A stretch of DNA of 60,593 bases, filler included, from Diploschistes diacapsis (taxonomy: Eukaryota), in NCBI GenBank assembly GCA_023645945.1. It is 7 parts of 7 records of this genome, joined end to end, with 100 filler letters (N's around TTAATTAATTAA, not from the genome) between each part and the next. Parts side by side here need not be neighbours in the genome. Positions count along the whole stretch, not along the records: positions 34,718 to 43,284 come from JALAIB010001130.1; positions 43,385 to 51,942 come from JALAIB010001131.1; positions 52,043 to 60,593 come from JALAIB010001132.1; 4 more parts are not named here. The stretch is one strand, 5' to 3'. A model generated the notes under the pieces. The model had not been told where the DNA came from and did no database searches. It saw nothing but the letters and a program-made list of their open reading frames with translations. Shown in pieces: positions 39,201 to 52,405 of this stretch. Position 1 is the first letter of the stretch, and each line of letters starts with the position of its first letter. The position numbers and the translations under genes were made by a program.

Positions 39201-42200
39201 GATTGGGACGAAGGGAGGGGGGGGTGGCTTGTGTGAGCTGGGAGCATCCGAGAAGCAGCGTCCAACTCACGAGAGAAAAAACATATTCCCCCTTTACAAA
39301 CAACTTCAAAGCTCCATCGTGTCTTTTCTCGAAAAAAAAAAGCGACTTGACCGGATCACACGGTGGAAATGAGGATGCAACCCATCCCGTTCAACTTTCG
39401 AGAAAGGATGGACACTGATGGTTCTGGACGCGCTGAGAAGGGATCCAACGGTCCTTGGAAGGCGTTGGCATGTTTTGACGCCGGGTAAGAGGCTGGGGTA
39501 GATGCAAAGAAAAACAGTCTTCTGAGGCTTGGGCGTAACAATATTATCGACAAAGGCTGAGTGGGGATGGAATGACCTTCCAGCTCATATTTCAGCTCAC
39601 GGACTCAGTAATATGAAAGAGTTGGGGTTTTGAATCGCACGAAAGCTAACATTCCAGGGTTGACTTACGCCTGCTAGGGCCCTCTTCGCTTGTGCGTCTT
39701 GCATTCAGAACTTGTGGGATGAGCAGGAATCGATGTTTATCAGATATTAGGCAGCACATCCCACCCACGCTCCACAATTCTCCAATATGATAAATAAGCA
39801 AAAAGCTTTTGGCACATGGCTACATCTTGCCATAGAGCCTAGACACGACTGATCCTACTCCTCTGAGCGATTTATATCCAGAAATGAGAAGACCGAATCA
39901 AAGTTGCAGGATTGCACCCATCTTATATAGTATTACCCTTAGCACGCTGACTTGTCCGAGTTAGTGTTGGAATGGAAAAAAGGAGAGAACACCGGGTATT
40001 CGGGCAGTTCGACAAAGGACATTTTGAATATGCCAGGTGAAAGCTGAGTCACGTAGGAAACACATCAAAAACGTCCATTGAAAGCTCCGACGCGAGATCA
40101 GGTCACCACATGGGGGGCTCCTTGGATACTATGTCAGATAAGAGAATGGGGCTCCCTACGAGAGTGCCGCTCTCAGGGACTCAGCAAGCGTAACCACTTT
40201 CTCTGGATTGGTCTTATCCATCTCATGTTTAACGAGGAGACCACCACACAATTCTGCGAAATGACGGATTCCTGTTTTCTCAGATGCCTGTGCGCTGTGC
40301 AGACCGAGTGCCGGCGCATGCAACGCTTTCCCCCGTGCACCATCTATCTCCTGCTATGGGATAGGAGCCGGGAGCAAAGGGGTATCTTGACAGAAATGTC
40401 ACGGGTATAAAATGGGAAAAGCGACATCGATGATACAGGTCGGTGGGAGGTGCCGTGAGGTGATATCTAGAGTTTAGGAAACATAAGCACAAAAGTCAAA
40501 AAGCCCTCAGAGTGCTGTGGGCCTGAATTATTCGTCGGAGCCATCGTTTGGATCACTCTAATAAAATCCTGGAATTTTATTTCTATAAGTGCTTGAAGGA
40601 TCCAGTCCTCGGACGTGGTAGAACAGGCAGACTTATCGAACGATGATACAGCCAGTGTTTGGAGGCTGGTATGATGGAAAACCCGACATACCCTCTTTAC
40701 GTCCGCTCTGCAGGGAGTGATGGAGGACAACCAACTGCTGTCGACTAAAACATGCGACAACATATCGCGCATGTCCTCCGTTAGATTGACGGATTGGATT
40801 TACGAGCAAATATGCCGAATCACTGAGAGTTCCCCGATGGTTGTGGCCTTTCGCATGTTTTTCGAAAAGCCCTCCACATCCTTTACCAACATCGTGGGCG
40901 TCCTCTGCGCATTCGTTCTTGACCGCCGGTCTTATGCGCGGCTCATCGCCCATTTCAGGACCCACAGACTTGAATAGGGTTTTGATTGTAAAAGCCAAAG
41001 CACCGAGACTGGGCCAATCAACAAATAATCCAAGACATTGAAATACCTTTCCTTCCGATTCCACCACCTCATTCCCCAAGTATATACGACGGTGGCGTGC
41101 CACACTCTTCTCTTAAAACTACACCACCACCAACTCCCATCCTCCTCAATTCTCCTTGTCCCCACCACCCTCTCTCCTCTCCTCCCCTTCCGCCTTTGAC
41201 CCACATACCAGCCCATCGGAGATCATACGCGCCCAGGCCATCACCCACTATCCTCCGCCAGTGCCTTGATCTCGGTCGAAACTTAAAAAGATCCTGCGCC
41301 GTCGCCCAAGCAGGCGGCTGCACCGCATTCTCTACGAAAAGCCTCGGCTGCGGATCCTACGCCGGATCGCTCGCTGGGTTCGGCTCGAGAGTTTTTCTTT
41401 GCGTAAAGGCTCTGAGGCAGACGCGATTGTCTCGGGTGGATTCGTCGAATGTGGTGGGGTTCGTGTTGAACGTGTGGGTTACTCGAAAGTTGGTGGTCGA
41501 TGCTGATGAGATGGTCGGACTTTGGCGTGCTGGGGCTGGGTTGGAGGCGAGGTTTGGAGGTTGGTGACGTGCGGTCCCGAAGACGATGGTATGGTAAGAA
41601 CAGCCGCGAAACTGTCATGGAGAGCGAGATATCGTGATGCAAGAACCAGGCCGGTGTCAGTATAGAGTTGTTGTTGACAATTGAGGCAAGTTGGGAACTT
41701 TGAGGCCCAGAATGAAACATTCGTGTTGGGATAGCCCAATATACCTCTCTCAAGCCGATATCTCCCATGGATTTTGTTATGTTCTTGTGCGCATCCTTAA
41801 ATACGGAAGTACTTGGAACGCCATGATTCCACTTCAGTGGTAGAAACGGCTCGTTCACCACCACGGGGAGGTTGCTTAGTGCACTTCGTGAATAATGCAA
41901 ACCACCCCCCTTCAGCAGTGAATAGAGCGGATGCATGCCAGCAATTGTGTTCCTCCAACAGTGCCACTCCGCTAGCTGCTCAAGAAGATCCTATCTTGAC
42001 AGCTTCGTCATACTTCCGAGGTGCGTTGCCGTCGATCTCGTACGTTCCATGAATGTGAACAAACCCAACACATCCTCAACATGCGACCTCGCTACTTTGA
42101 GACCTCTGATTGGGTTGAAACCCTGGCAGCCACAAGAGGCTCTAGGCTAATATTTTTTGCTCGAAGGGGAGTATGATTTGAGCAGGAAACTCTCCCAACA

Positions 42201-43284
42201 GCCTCCTCCTTGGCTCGTGCTGGATTGGAAGCGGGAAAAATCTTCGATGCAACTACCATGACCTATCTGATGTTGTCCACATCTGTAGCAGCAAAAGAAA
42301 ATATCCGACTGAAAGACGTCGATGGCCCGGACTCGCAATGCACAATGGATCTGGATGGCAATTTGTAGTGTATACGCCCAAGATCGAAAGGACACTTCGT
42401 ACCGCCGCGGAACTTCCCGCGCTTCAGGGGGTGTGGGAACAGAACTTTCCTGACCCAAGCATAGAGACAAGATACACTGGGGGGTTTTTTTTTTTTCCAG
42501 CGGGACAAGATACCCCAATTTGTGCGCTTACGAGAGCATCTGCACCTTATAACAGTCCCGTGGAAGACCCCCAAATTCCCCGTTGCAGCCCTCACAACGA
42601 ATGTTTAAACCGTGTAGACTTTTCGCCAGGAATACAGACACAACCTCTCGCGGTTGTATGAAGTTAATAATAAACCCCGTAGGTAATGAATTATCATCAA
42701 TCGGGGCAATGGATCGCGCCGCGCTCGATGCGCCAGGCCATGGGCCGGCAGAACTCCCCCTCCTCGCGCGTCGTCGTCGAGCCCAATGGAGAGATGAAAA
42801 CACTGTGGATACTCTCTCTCCAGGCTCTCTCCAACGGGGCTGTTCTCGGGAGCACTACCTGCTCCGCTCACTCTCTCCCCACATAGTGTGCCCTACCAAA
42901 AGTAGTTTAAGCTTATATATCCAGCTCCCATAGTAATTTGTATGCATTGTATATACACGAGCCACGGCTGACAATGTCGCAAGAAAGTTATCTAGAAAAA
43001 TTGATGATCTGGATAGCCTGAAAAAAGCGACACATTTAAGCTCTTGAAATGAAGTCCAAAAGTTTATGGATAAAAGTTGAGATTATTGTCACATGATACG
43101 AGCCGTATGTGGTTTGTTTGTGTGCGCTAACCAACTTTAACGTGTACGCGCATAATGATTGTCAGCCCTATGGTATTTGTGCTCTGAAGTCAAAACCCAA
43201 GGATGATGGTTTTAAAAAGGAAACTTTAAAAAGGTAATAAACAAGTTACTCGGCATACAGCCCCAGCACAGCAGCCCCTAGCCC

Positions 43285-43384
43285 NNNNNNNNNNNNNNNN
43301 NNNNNNNNNNNNNNNNNNNNNNNNNNNNTTAATTAATTAANNNNNNNNNNNNNNNNNNNNNNNNNNNNNNNNNNNNNNNNNNNN
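43285..43384. other. Artificial contig linker
   Basis: N44-TTAATTAATTAA-N44. Confidence 0.99.
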
Positions 43385-44326
43385 CCCAAAAATACTTTAT
43401 TCCGGGAAGCCCCTTCTTGCTCCTCTAAAGAGAAGCAAGTAGCAACGGGACCAGCTCTGGAAAGAAAAAAAGGCACACAGCTAGCGTCCCAAAAACCCAA
43501 AAAAAAAAAAGAAAAAGAAAAAAAAAGACGCAAAACACCTGGTACGCGGGGTTTTAAAGCAAAAAGTATAAAGCTCATGGAGACGTATGCAGGTAGTTGG
43601 TAGTTTGTCAGTTTTACTCGTCGCAGGATGGAACTGGCTGGAATGCCCCGTTCATGACAGGTGGGTGGGAGCAAGCGGGAACAGCTTTGGGATGGATAGA
43701 TGAAACAGAAGGATGGCATCGCATGCTTGAAAGAATTTCTGGTGTGGACGCGGGGTGGAAGGGGGCGGGGGAAGGAGAGGAGAGCTGCGGTCTTCCTTTC
43801 CTTCATCTCGGGCTACAAGTCGACGGCTGTCGCACCAGACCCAATTCAACAGGATCAACTTGGATTTATTTGATTCATTATTACCGTTGACCCTTGAGTA
43901 CCTGCTACTTTCACAAGCGTAGCCATTAGCGGGAGGTCGGCGAGTGCCCATGTCATGGCTCGAAGCTATCTAATGAAAAATATTGCATGTCCTGGCCACT
44001 CTGCCAAAGCCGTACTGGCTGTGGGAAGCTATTTATCCAGGCCACCTATGCCTCTGTCCATTCGTCCGTCAGCTAGGCTCGGAACTCATTTTTGCCGTCC
44101 CTAATTCACTTCCCAGAGCCAGAGCCAGAGGAGAATGGCCTGATGAAGAGCCGGAAGATCTCCCACCCAAAGAAGTCAATGAAAATTCAAGGCTCCCCAA
44201 AGTAGCCAACAAAGTGTCGAGCCAACGTTCGAGCCGACGCCCCGCGCGATCGTAAAGATGCAAATCTGTATCGTGATGTTGTGCACAGCTCATGGGTCGA
44301 ATAGCCGGTAGCTCCCCGCCAGAAGC

Positions 44327-47031
44327 TCAAGTAGCTCCAGGTGGAGGAGGCTGGCTTTGGTTCTGCCCCGGCATGACGAATCCGGGGGGAAGCTGGACAC
44401 CAGGCGGCATGCTGAAAGGGAGGTTGCCACCCATCATGGGGAACTGGAAGTTGAAGCTAGGAACAGTTGGCGGGACTTGCACGTTGTTGTTGCCGTTGCT
44501 GTTCTGGCGCTCATGGTCGCTATCACGGCGCTCGGGCTGGCGGTAGCGCTGAGGCGGTTCACGGGACGAGCGGGGACCTGAGGCGCCGCTCTTGTCGGTT
44601 TGCATGCGACGGCTGATCGCTAGAGAGAAGATAAGCTTACATTAGATGTGCTTGAAGTAGTGGGACCTACCCTTGGAGGAAACTCCTGCTCCGATTTCAA
44701 TGTCGGGCTCTTCAACGCAAATGCCGTCCTGGATTGGTTTGTTACCGCTGCCACCATATTCGGCGCTCTGCATCCATTTACGATCGGCGTCAGTCAAGCG
44801 GTCGATGGGAATGATACTGATGCCAGTCTGGTAGTCACTGCAGTCACGGGGTCCGAAGCCGACTCCCCAGCGAGTCTAAGACGTATTAGCATTCATCCAA
44901 TCAAGAATTTGGATTGGATACAAAACTTACTCGAAGTTGCATGTCGCCATGTTTGTAGTGCTCCATCGCTTCCTTGGCGCGGACAGCCTCTTCGCGGCTG
45001 ATCATCTTGACAAAGGCATGGCGCTTGTCGATATTTACGATGCAGGTCTGGACCTTCCCGAATGCCGAGAAAATGGACCGCAGGTCTTCCTCGCTAGAGC
45101 TATGGCTTTGTCAGTCAACAGTTTCTACCAGAACGCATATCAACTTTGGCTTACGTTACACCACCAACGAACAAAGTTCTACTGTATACTGTATAGAAGT
45201 AAGTATCTTCATCTACGGTCATGGACGGTAAACCTCACCTTTGATGCTGCCCTTGGGGAGGCTATTGTCGTACTCTACCCACTTGGGACCCGGAGGGGGC
45301 AGCGTGTGGTCACGGCTGGGGCTTGGGCTCCTACGGAATCGATCCGGACTGTGTCGATTGAATCTACCGCCGCGGCTGTCGCGGTCGCCGCCACCGCGAC
45401 CACCTCTACGGCCAGAGTCGCGATCTCCATTGCGGTTGGCACCATAGTCTCCGTACACGGGACTATCGCGACGACCCCGACGAGGTGAATTATCGCGTCT
45501 TCTGTCCCACCCACGTGGAGAACGGGACCTTGAGCGAGGGCGGTCTCCATATCGACCTCCTGGCGGTGAACGCATGTACTGATCAAATCCATTACGTTGG
45601 TCACGTGATGCATCATCCCTTCCACCACCGATATTGGTGGGTTGCGCTTGGTTTGCAGCAGCGGCAACTGGGTTTGTACTAGCCATCAACACGGACAATA
45701 TGCCAGGCCATTGTGCTTCAGGAATACCCTGAGCCTTCAAAGCTTGCAGTATCTGCAGTTGCTGCTGCAGCGCATCGGGTACACCACCACTCGCGTTCAT
45801 CTGAGGCATGGCTGGCTGCTGAGGTAGCTGATTTGCCTGGACGCCAGGGAAAAGATTCTGGGGGAACCCTCCTCCGTACGAATACACGCCGTTATTGACG
45901 GGCGTTGGAGCGTTTACGGCCTGAGGAGCCAGCTGCATAGAGACCGGGTTTACAGCAGACGGTACGTTCTGTGGAAAGGCAGCAGCTTGCGGAAATGATA
46001 CATTGTTTGGGTTAGCACTTTGATTTGGTACACCTGCAGGTACAGGAGTAGAAGCATTGTTCTTTGAGAGATTTGCAAGTGCCTGGAGATTGGCAAGTAT
46101 CGAAGAAGTGTCTTGCGGTGGAGCTGCCGCCGCCGCTGCCGCTGCTGCTGCTGCTGCACCAGGTTTAGCATTCCCTATCGTTGCCGCAAAGTTTTGGGGT
46201 GGTGTTCCTGTGGGCGTGGTCGATTGGGCAGCTACAAATGTCAAAACATTAGACGACCCGTCACAGAAACTAGTTTGCTCGCCACAACTTTGCAGCTTGT
46301 CTTTTGAAGGACAGGGTATCTTACCATTCGGAGCATTCAATCTTTCTTTGAAGCCATTCAGCATGTTCGCAGGAAACGTGTTTCCACGCTCCCATATTTC
46401 GATCAATTTCTTGATCTTAGCCTATAATTGCAGAAAAAGAGTGAGTTTCAAGCAACCATACTTTCATACGATGACAAAAAGTGCCGAAGCAAATACTGCA
46501 GAGTTTCTGAAATATACGCATCCGCCAACACCACGCCTTCTCGTTTTGTATTCTAACTGTATGATGACGGGATGCAAGTGTTACTTGAGGGCGTACCTTT
46601 TGATCTTCGGGGGCGACGGATATGATATCTTGCATCAAGGCAGGCAGGAGTTCAGTTACGTGGTTGACACCAGCAGCAAATGTACCGTCGGACGCAGATG
46701 GACCCAGTGCCTGTCCTGCCTTTCTCGCTTGTTCTAACCATTGACGCGTTACTGAATCTACAACGTACAGTACGCCTAGCTTTTTGTTTCCTGGAGCTTT
46801 CTTGAAGTGGGCATATATTTTTTGGATAAGTACGGACTCGGACTAGACGCAAGCAGCGTGATTAGCTTCTCGAGGAATCAAGTTAAAGAGCGGCAGTGAG
46901 CTAAAGCGTACCTGCACGTTCGTGTTGCAGAGCGCAGTAAGAGATGTGATTTTCCCGCTGGATACGCCAGGCGGCTTCAACTCCAGCATAGATGTAAGAG
47001 TGCTATCGAGCTCCGCTACGCAAGACGACAT
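44327..47031 (-). CDS. NRD1: Nrd1/Seb1-like RNA-binding protein (CID + RS/RD-rich region + RRM), multi-exon
   Basis: CID: LKPPGVSSGKI...SESVLIQKIYAHFKKAPGNKKLGVLYVVDSVTRQW...KLIEIWER. RSRSRSP region. RRM: SRTLFVGGVT...RWGVGFGPRDCSDYQTGISIIPIDRLTDADRKWM...VEEPDIEIGAGVSSK/AISRRM. Confidence 0.93.
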
Positions 47032-47990
47032 AATGGCAACCAAAGTGAAGTCTAGTAAAGAACAGCTCTAGAATGAAGGTCCGTAGAGGACCGCGGAGCC
47101 GCAGTAAGGTGCGCTAGCAAGATAAGATTTCGTGAAATCTCAGTGAAGCAGAGTTACGAAATCGTGAACCTCTAGAAGAGTAGAAATGAATCGGTTGTGG
47201 GATGACTCTGCTACGGATGAACACTCCTAATGAGTTGCGACCGTGTTAGAACTTTTCGATCTGGAGTCTTAAGTTTCTGGACGATGAACACCTAGTGGCC
47301 ACAGGTGAGACCAGTAATGCTACTGCTAAGGTGTGTTACAGGCGAATTATTGATGAAAAGATGGATTGATGGTTTTGGCGTGACGAAGGTCGAGATGGCT
47401 GAAGAGTAGGTAGTTGTAGAGTGGTGGTGGTTGGGGAATGAAAATTCGAAGGGTGGGCAAGTGAATATGTATTATGCGGCAGCAGCAGCGCACGTGATGC
47501 AGCCCAGGGACCATACTTAGCAACCGGAGCCTGGAAAAACCATTTCCCCAAACCCCTCGGCCTTCTTCCTTGGTCTTTTTCTACATAAGTAGGTACTGTA
47601 TGTACTGTTGGTTAATCTATCAGCCTCAAGCTCGCATTTAAAGTCTACATTATTATTGACTCGTCAAGAGATAATCTCAATAATGCCGGGTGCTAATTTC
47701 GAATACGGTTAGGATACCATATACCGCAGAGTATATAGTATCTGTTTCCCCAATGCCTCAAAACAAAGAGGACCCGGCTTTAGCCGACCTCGATGGGCTT
47801 GGGAGCTGAAGAAAAGGCCGAGAAAAAATTGGCCGGCGAATCCCCCGGTGAGCTCGGATATCCGCCTCCGTCACTCTGCAGTGTTCGACGTAAGAAAACA
47901 TAAATCTTTTTTCCATAAACTAGAGAAGAGCTACATCATAAATCGCCTCCATTTTATCCCAACTTCCCAAGCACTCTAAGTACTCTTACA

Positions 47991-49725
47991 ATGGCCTCTC
48001 TTCGTCTCGCCAACTCCTGCTTGAAATCCTCACTAGCCTCTGCTGTGTCGCCGGCTCGCTCAGCTGCCTTCAACGGTGTCAGATATTATTCCTCGGTAAA
48101 AGCCAAGGTACGATTGAGCTGTCTACAGATTCCAGAATGACGGGACAGACTGACAATTGTACAGACTCTTAAGGACACATTCGCCGACAAGGTACCAGCT
48201 GAAATTGAAAAGGTCAAGAAGCTTAGGAAGTGAGCATACACCTTTAGGCTGCTGGTTGTACGGACTATGTTGATCATTGTTACAGAGAGTATGGCTCGAA
48301 AGTCATTGGCGAGGTCACCCTTGATCAAGTCTATGGTGGAGCGAGAGGTATCAAGTCTCTCGTCTGGGAGGTGGGATCCTGGCGCAACCCACGCTGAGCA
48401 TCAAAGTCTAACATAAGCGAAGGGTTCAGTCCTAGACTCTGAAAACGGAATTCGGTTCCGAGGGAAGACGGTGCGCATCGCGAGTTTTTTGCGCTGTAGA
48501 CTGGGCCACTGATATGTCTCAAGATTCCAGAATGTCAAGAACTTTTACCCAAGGCGCCCGGCGGAGAGGAGCCTCTTCCAGAAGGTCTCTTTTGGCTGCT
48601 CCTCACTGGTGAAGTCCCAAGCGAACAACAAGTCCGCGATCTTTCAGCAGAATGGGCAGCAAGGTCAGATGTACCCAAATTCGTCGAGGAACTTATTGAT
48701 CGCTGCCCCAACACCCTTCACCCAATGGCGCAATTCTCCCTCGCCGTCACCGCTCTTGAGCACGAGTCGTCCTTTGCCAAAGCCTACGCCAAGGGCATCA
48801 ACAAGAAAGAGTACTGGAGCTACACATTTGAAGACTCAATGGACGTGATCGCCAAGCTCCCCACTATCGCTTCTCGCATTTACCGCAACATCTACAAGGA
48901 TGGCAAGGTTGCGCCGGTGCAGAAGGACAAGGATTACAGCTTCAACCTGGCAAATCAACTCGGGTTTGGTGCAAACAAGGACTTTGTTGAGCTTATGCGC
49001 CTTTACCTCACCATTCACTCTGACCATGAAGGTGGTAATGTCAGCGCTCACACCACCCACCTTGTCGGAAGTGCGCTCAGCTCTCCCATGCTCTCACTCG
49101 CGGCCGGTCTGAACGGTCTCGCTGGCCCTCTTCACGGACTGTAAGCTGGATGATATATCTTAATAACCCTATGCTAATAGCTTCCTAGGGCCAACCAAGA
49201 AGTGCTCAACTGGCTTCAGAAAATGAAAAAGGCTATTGGCAACGATCTCAGCGACCAAGCGATCAAGGACTACCTCTGGTCGACCTTGAACTCCGGCCAG
49301 GTCGTTCCCGGCTACGGACATGCAGTCCTTCGTAAGACTGACCCTCGTTACGTCTCTCAGCGCGAGTTCGCGCTCAAGCATCTTCCCGACGACCCGATGT
49401 TCAAGCTCGTCAGCCAGGTCTACAAGATCGCACCAGGCGTGCTCACCGAGCACGGCAAGACAAAGAACCCCTTTCCCAACGTTGACGCTGTACGTATCGG
49501 CTGTTCTGTATCGAATGCTGTTACTGACGCTCGTAGCACTCTGGCGTTCTCCTGCAATACTACGGCCTTACCGAAGCCAACTACTATACCGTTCTCTTCG
49601 GTGTTTCGAGAGCTCTTGGTGTCCTTCCCCAGCTCATCATCGACCGAGCTCTTGGCGCCCCTATTGAGCGGCCCAAGTCATTCAGCACCGACGCATGGGC
49701 CAAGTTGGTTGGCGCTTCGTTGTAA
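47991..49725 (+). CDS. CIT1: Mitochondrial citrate synthase (multi-exon)
   Basis: Presequence [13 protein letters not shown]...[92 protein letters not shown]. Confidence 0.97.
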
Positions 49726-50285
49726 GTTTCCAAGAGTCCAAAAATGGAAGGCCTGGTTTGGGAAGCGGCTTCTTGTACTTCTATGATAGACAAAATTCTG
49801 CGCAACATGTCGTTAATAGCATAGTCCAGGCGTTTAATGAGACATGTTTAGAGTGTTAGGGTTTGCAGTTTTTGTCTTTGATTTGTTCATATAGGGTAAA
49901 TCCTTGAAACTAAGGTGTCTCGTCCAATCTCCCATCTAAGGGTGCATCAAATCCGTGGTGGTCGTATTCATCAAAGACCGAAACGTGCAGAGCCGACGGT
50001 ACTTTACTTAGGCCATTTGTCGCTTGGCGTACAGAGAACTGGGTGGCAGGTGTTGGGCGAATTTACCGCATAAACCGAAACAGAAACCGGAGAGTTTGGG
50101 GGAGTGGCGCCCTAACCCCACCTGGGTCACGAAGCTCAACCTGTACTTGTCTCCATTCTCCCTTAGACCCACCACCTATCCGCAAAAAAAACCGCTTCCA
50201 ACTCAACCATCGTCCAAAGCATCTTCCAGCGAAGAAGCGACCTACTCCCTTGGTCAGGGCCCCTTTCAGATCCTACGAAAGCAGC

Positions 50286-51499
50286 ATGTCCTCCCCCATC
50301 GCTACTTCGACCGGGTCGAAGACAGTTGAGAAGAAGCCAGTCAAGTTCAGCAATCTGCTTCGTAAGTACCTGCACTGGAAAACCCGGAGGAGAGCCAATG
50401 TCTAACGAGTTATCAAGTCGGCGCTGGGCTGAACATGTTCGAGTAAGTGCATACTGTTTTCACGGCAATTAAGAGCAGCAATACTAATAGTTTTGGCAGA
50501 GTTACGACGCTTGGGCAGGTACAAAACGACCTCGGAATCTCGGATCAATTTGTCACTGATTCGCACTACAGCCTCTGGAGGTCGTCAAGACTACGATGGC
50601 CGCGAACAGAGGAGACAGCTTCGCCGGTGCAATGTCTAGGATCTGGGGCCGAGGAGGCGTTCTAGGATGTACGAAAACATAGAAATGAGCTCATACGAAT
50701 CCCACACTAAAGAGAATATACAGACTATCAAGGTCTTATCCCCTGGGCCTGGATCGAAGCCTCCACCAAGGGCGCAGTCCTTCTCTTCGTCGCCTCGGAA
50801 GCCGAATATTACGCCAAGACCTTTGGAGCGAACGACTTTGGCGGCGGCATTGCTGGGGGCATGGTCGGCGGCGCAGCGCAAGCCTATGCGACAATGGGTT
50901 TCTGCACGTGCATGAAGACGGTGGAAATTACGCAGCACAAGCTCGCAGCCTCGGGCGCGAAGCCGCCAAGCACCTTCCAGACGTTCATGGGCATCTACCG
51001 TGCGGAGGGTATCAGGGGGATCAACAAGGGCGTGAACGCGGTAGCCATCAGGCAGGTCACAAACTGGGGCTCACGCTTCGGGTTGTCGCGTCTGGCTGAG
51101 AGTGCGATATTGAGGATTACGGGCAAAGAGGACAGGAGCCTGTTGAACGGATATGAGAAGGTGCTTGCGTCGGGGCTCGGTGGTGGCTTGAGCGCGTGGA
51201 ACCAGCCGATCGAGGTCATCCGGGTGGAGATGCAGAGCAAGACACCCGATCCGAATCGACCGAAGAACCTGACCGTGGGGAAAACGCTGAGGTATATTTA
51301 TGGGAATAATGGGTTGAAGGGTTTGTACAGGGGCGTTACACCCCGTATTGGGCTCGGCGTTTGGCAGACTATTTGCATGGTGGCATTGGGGGATATGTGA
51401 GTGCTGCAATTATGGGGCGTTGACGGTGCTAATTATGTTTCTAGGGCGAAAGAGGCTGTCGAAAAACTTACGGGCGACAAAGTCACGGCTAAGCACTGA
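50286..51499 (+). CDS. YHM2: Mitochondrial citrate/2-oxoglutarate carrier YHM2 (multi-exon, two micro-exons)
   Basis: EKKPVKFSNLL/LGAGLNMFE/VTTLGQ/PLEVVKTTMAANR...YQGLIPWAWIEASTKG...NAVAIRQVTNWGSRFG...WNQPIEVIRVEMQS...YRGVTPRIGLG. Confidence 0.95.
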
Positions 51500-51942
51500 G
51501 GTTTCCGCTGGCGAAGCTTGCAGCAGGGTTTGTATACTGTTAGATACCATGTACGCTGTTTGCTTGGTGCTTGAACGGGCTATAGAAGGAGGGGCTAAAC
51601 TTTATTTGTTTCAACATATTATTCATTAACTTGGCAATTAGAAGCAGTGGAACGGTGGAATCAGGAATCAGGGCACGTCTTCGCCAGATAAGGTAGTGAC
51701 TGGCGCGCAGATCTCTTCCTCTGAGCCTTCAATTCCAGCTGATCCCTGTACAACGTCCCTCACATTATCAATGTGCCCGTCGGCGGCAAAACAGATTGCC
51801 GATTAGTAGAACTAGAAATGTAGAGAAACAGAGAACTATCCAGACAGAATGGAATACCCTTTGATATTGCTTCCAAGGCTGCCTTTGTAGTCAGCAGGAT
51901 AGGCTAGGTACTAAAGCGGCCATTAAATGGATACTGGGGGGG

Positions 51943-52042
51943 NNNNNNNNNNNNNNNNNNNNNNNNNNNNNNNNNNNNNNNNNNNNTTAATTAATTAANN
52001 NNNNNNNNNNNNNNNNNNNNNNNNNNNNNNNNNNNNNNNNNN
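51943..52042. other. Artificial contig linker
   Basis: N44-TTAATTAATTAA-N44. Confidence 0.99.
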
Positions 52043-52160
52043 ATATTAATAATCACAATTAATGAATAGGGATTATGTTTAGATATTATTTATATCGAAA
52101 ATAAATATGAATAAACGTAGGTACCAATCACGCGAGAATAACGCGATCTCGCGACGGTAG
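52043..52160. repeat. AT-rich, RIP-like degenerate repeat edge
   Basis: TpA-rich, CpA/TpG-poor sequence at the contig start, similar to the other end of this contig. Confidence 0.5.
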
Positions 52161-52405
52161 GGCAGCCATTATTTTAGTCTGAATAAGGGGTGATGTTGAT
52201 GCAGATTTCTGTTACCTTGTCGGGGTTAAGGAAAGTTAGAAAAGACATTGATAAGTTTTATCGTTCGATAGGCGTCTCAATTATATAACAATGACCGAGT
52301 CGGAGAATCATTGGTAGGGAGCAAATATGCCGTTTTCCTTCCACGAGTCCTGGTCTGTGTTGTCCCTTCAGCTACGTGCATCTACGATATCTAAAATAGT
52401 AGCTC

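Noticed and set aside
36300..43284. Telomerase RNA in the long intergenic region
   Set aside because: I found no exact TAACCCTAA template on either strand by eye.
47731..47748. U2 snRNA-like GTATATAGTATCTGTTTC
   Set aside because: Only a short partial match; the branch-pairing GTGTAGTA is not exact and the flanking U2 stems and Sm site are missing.
1957..51499. An NADPH/central-carbon supercluster (NNT, TKL1, CIT1, YHM2)
   Set aside because: NNT, TKL1 and CIT1/YHM2 are on different unlinked contigs.
8588..52042. TTAATTAATTAA as a biological repeat, and ORFs running into N runs
   Set aside because: These are synthetic linker artefacts.
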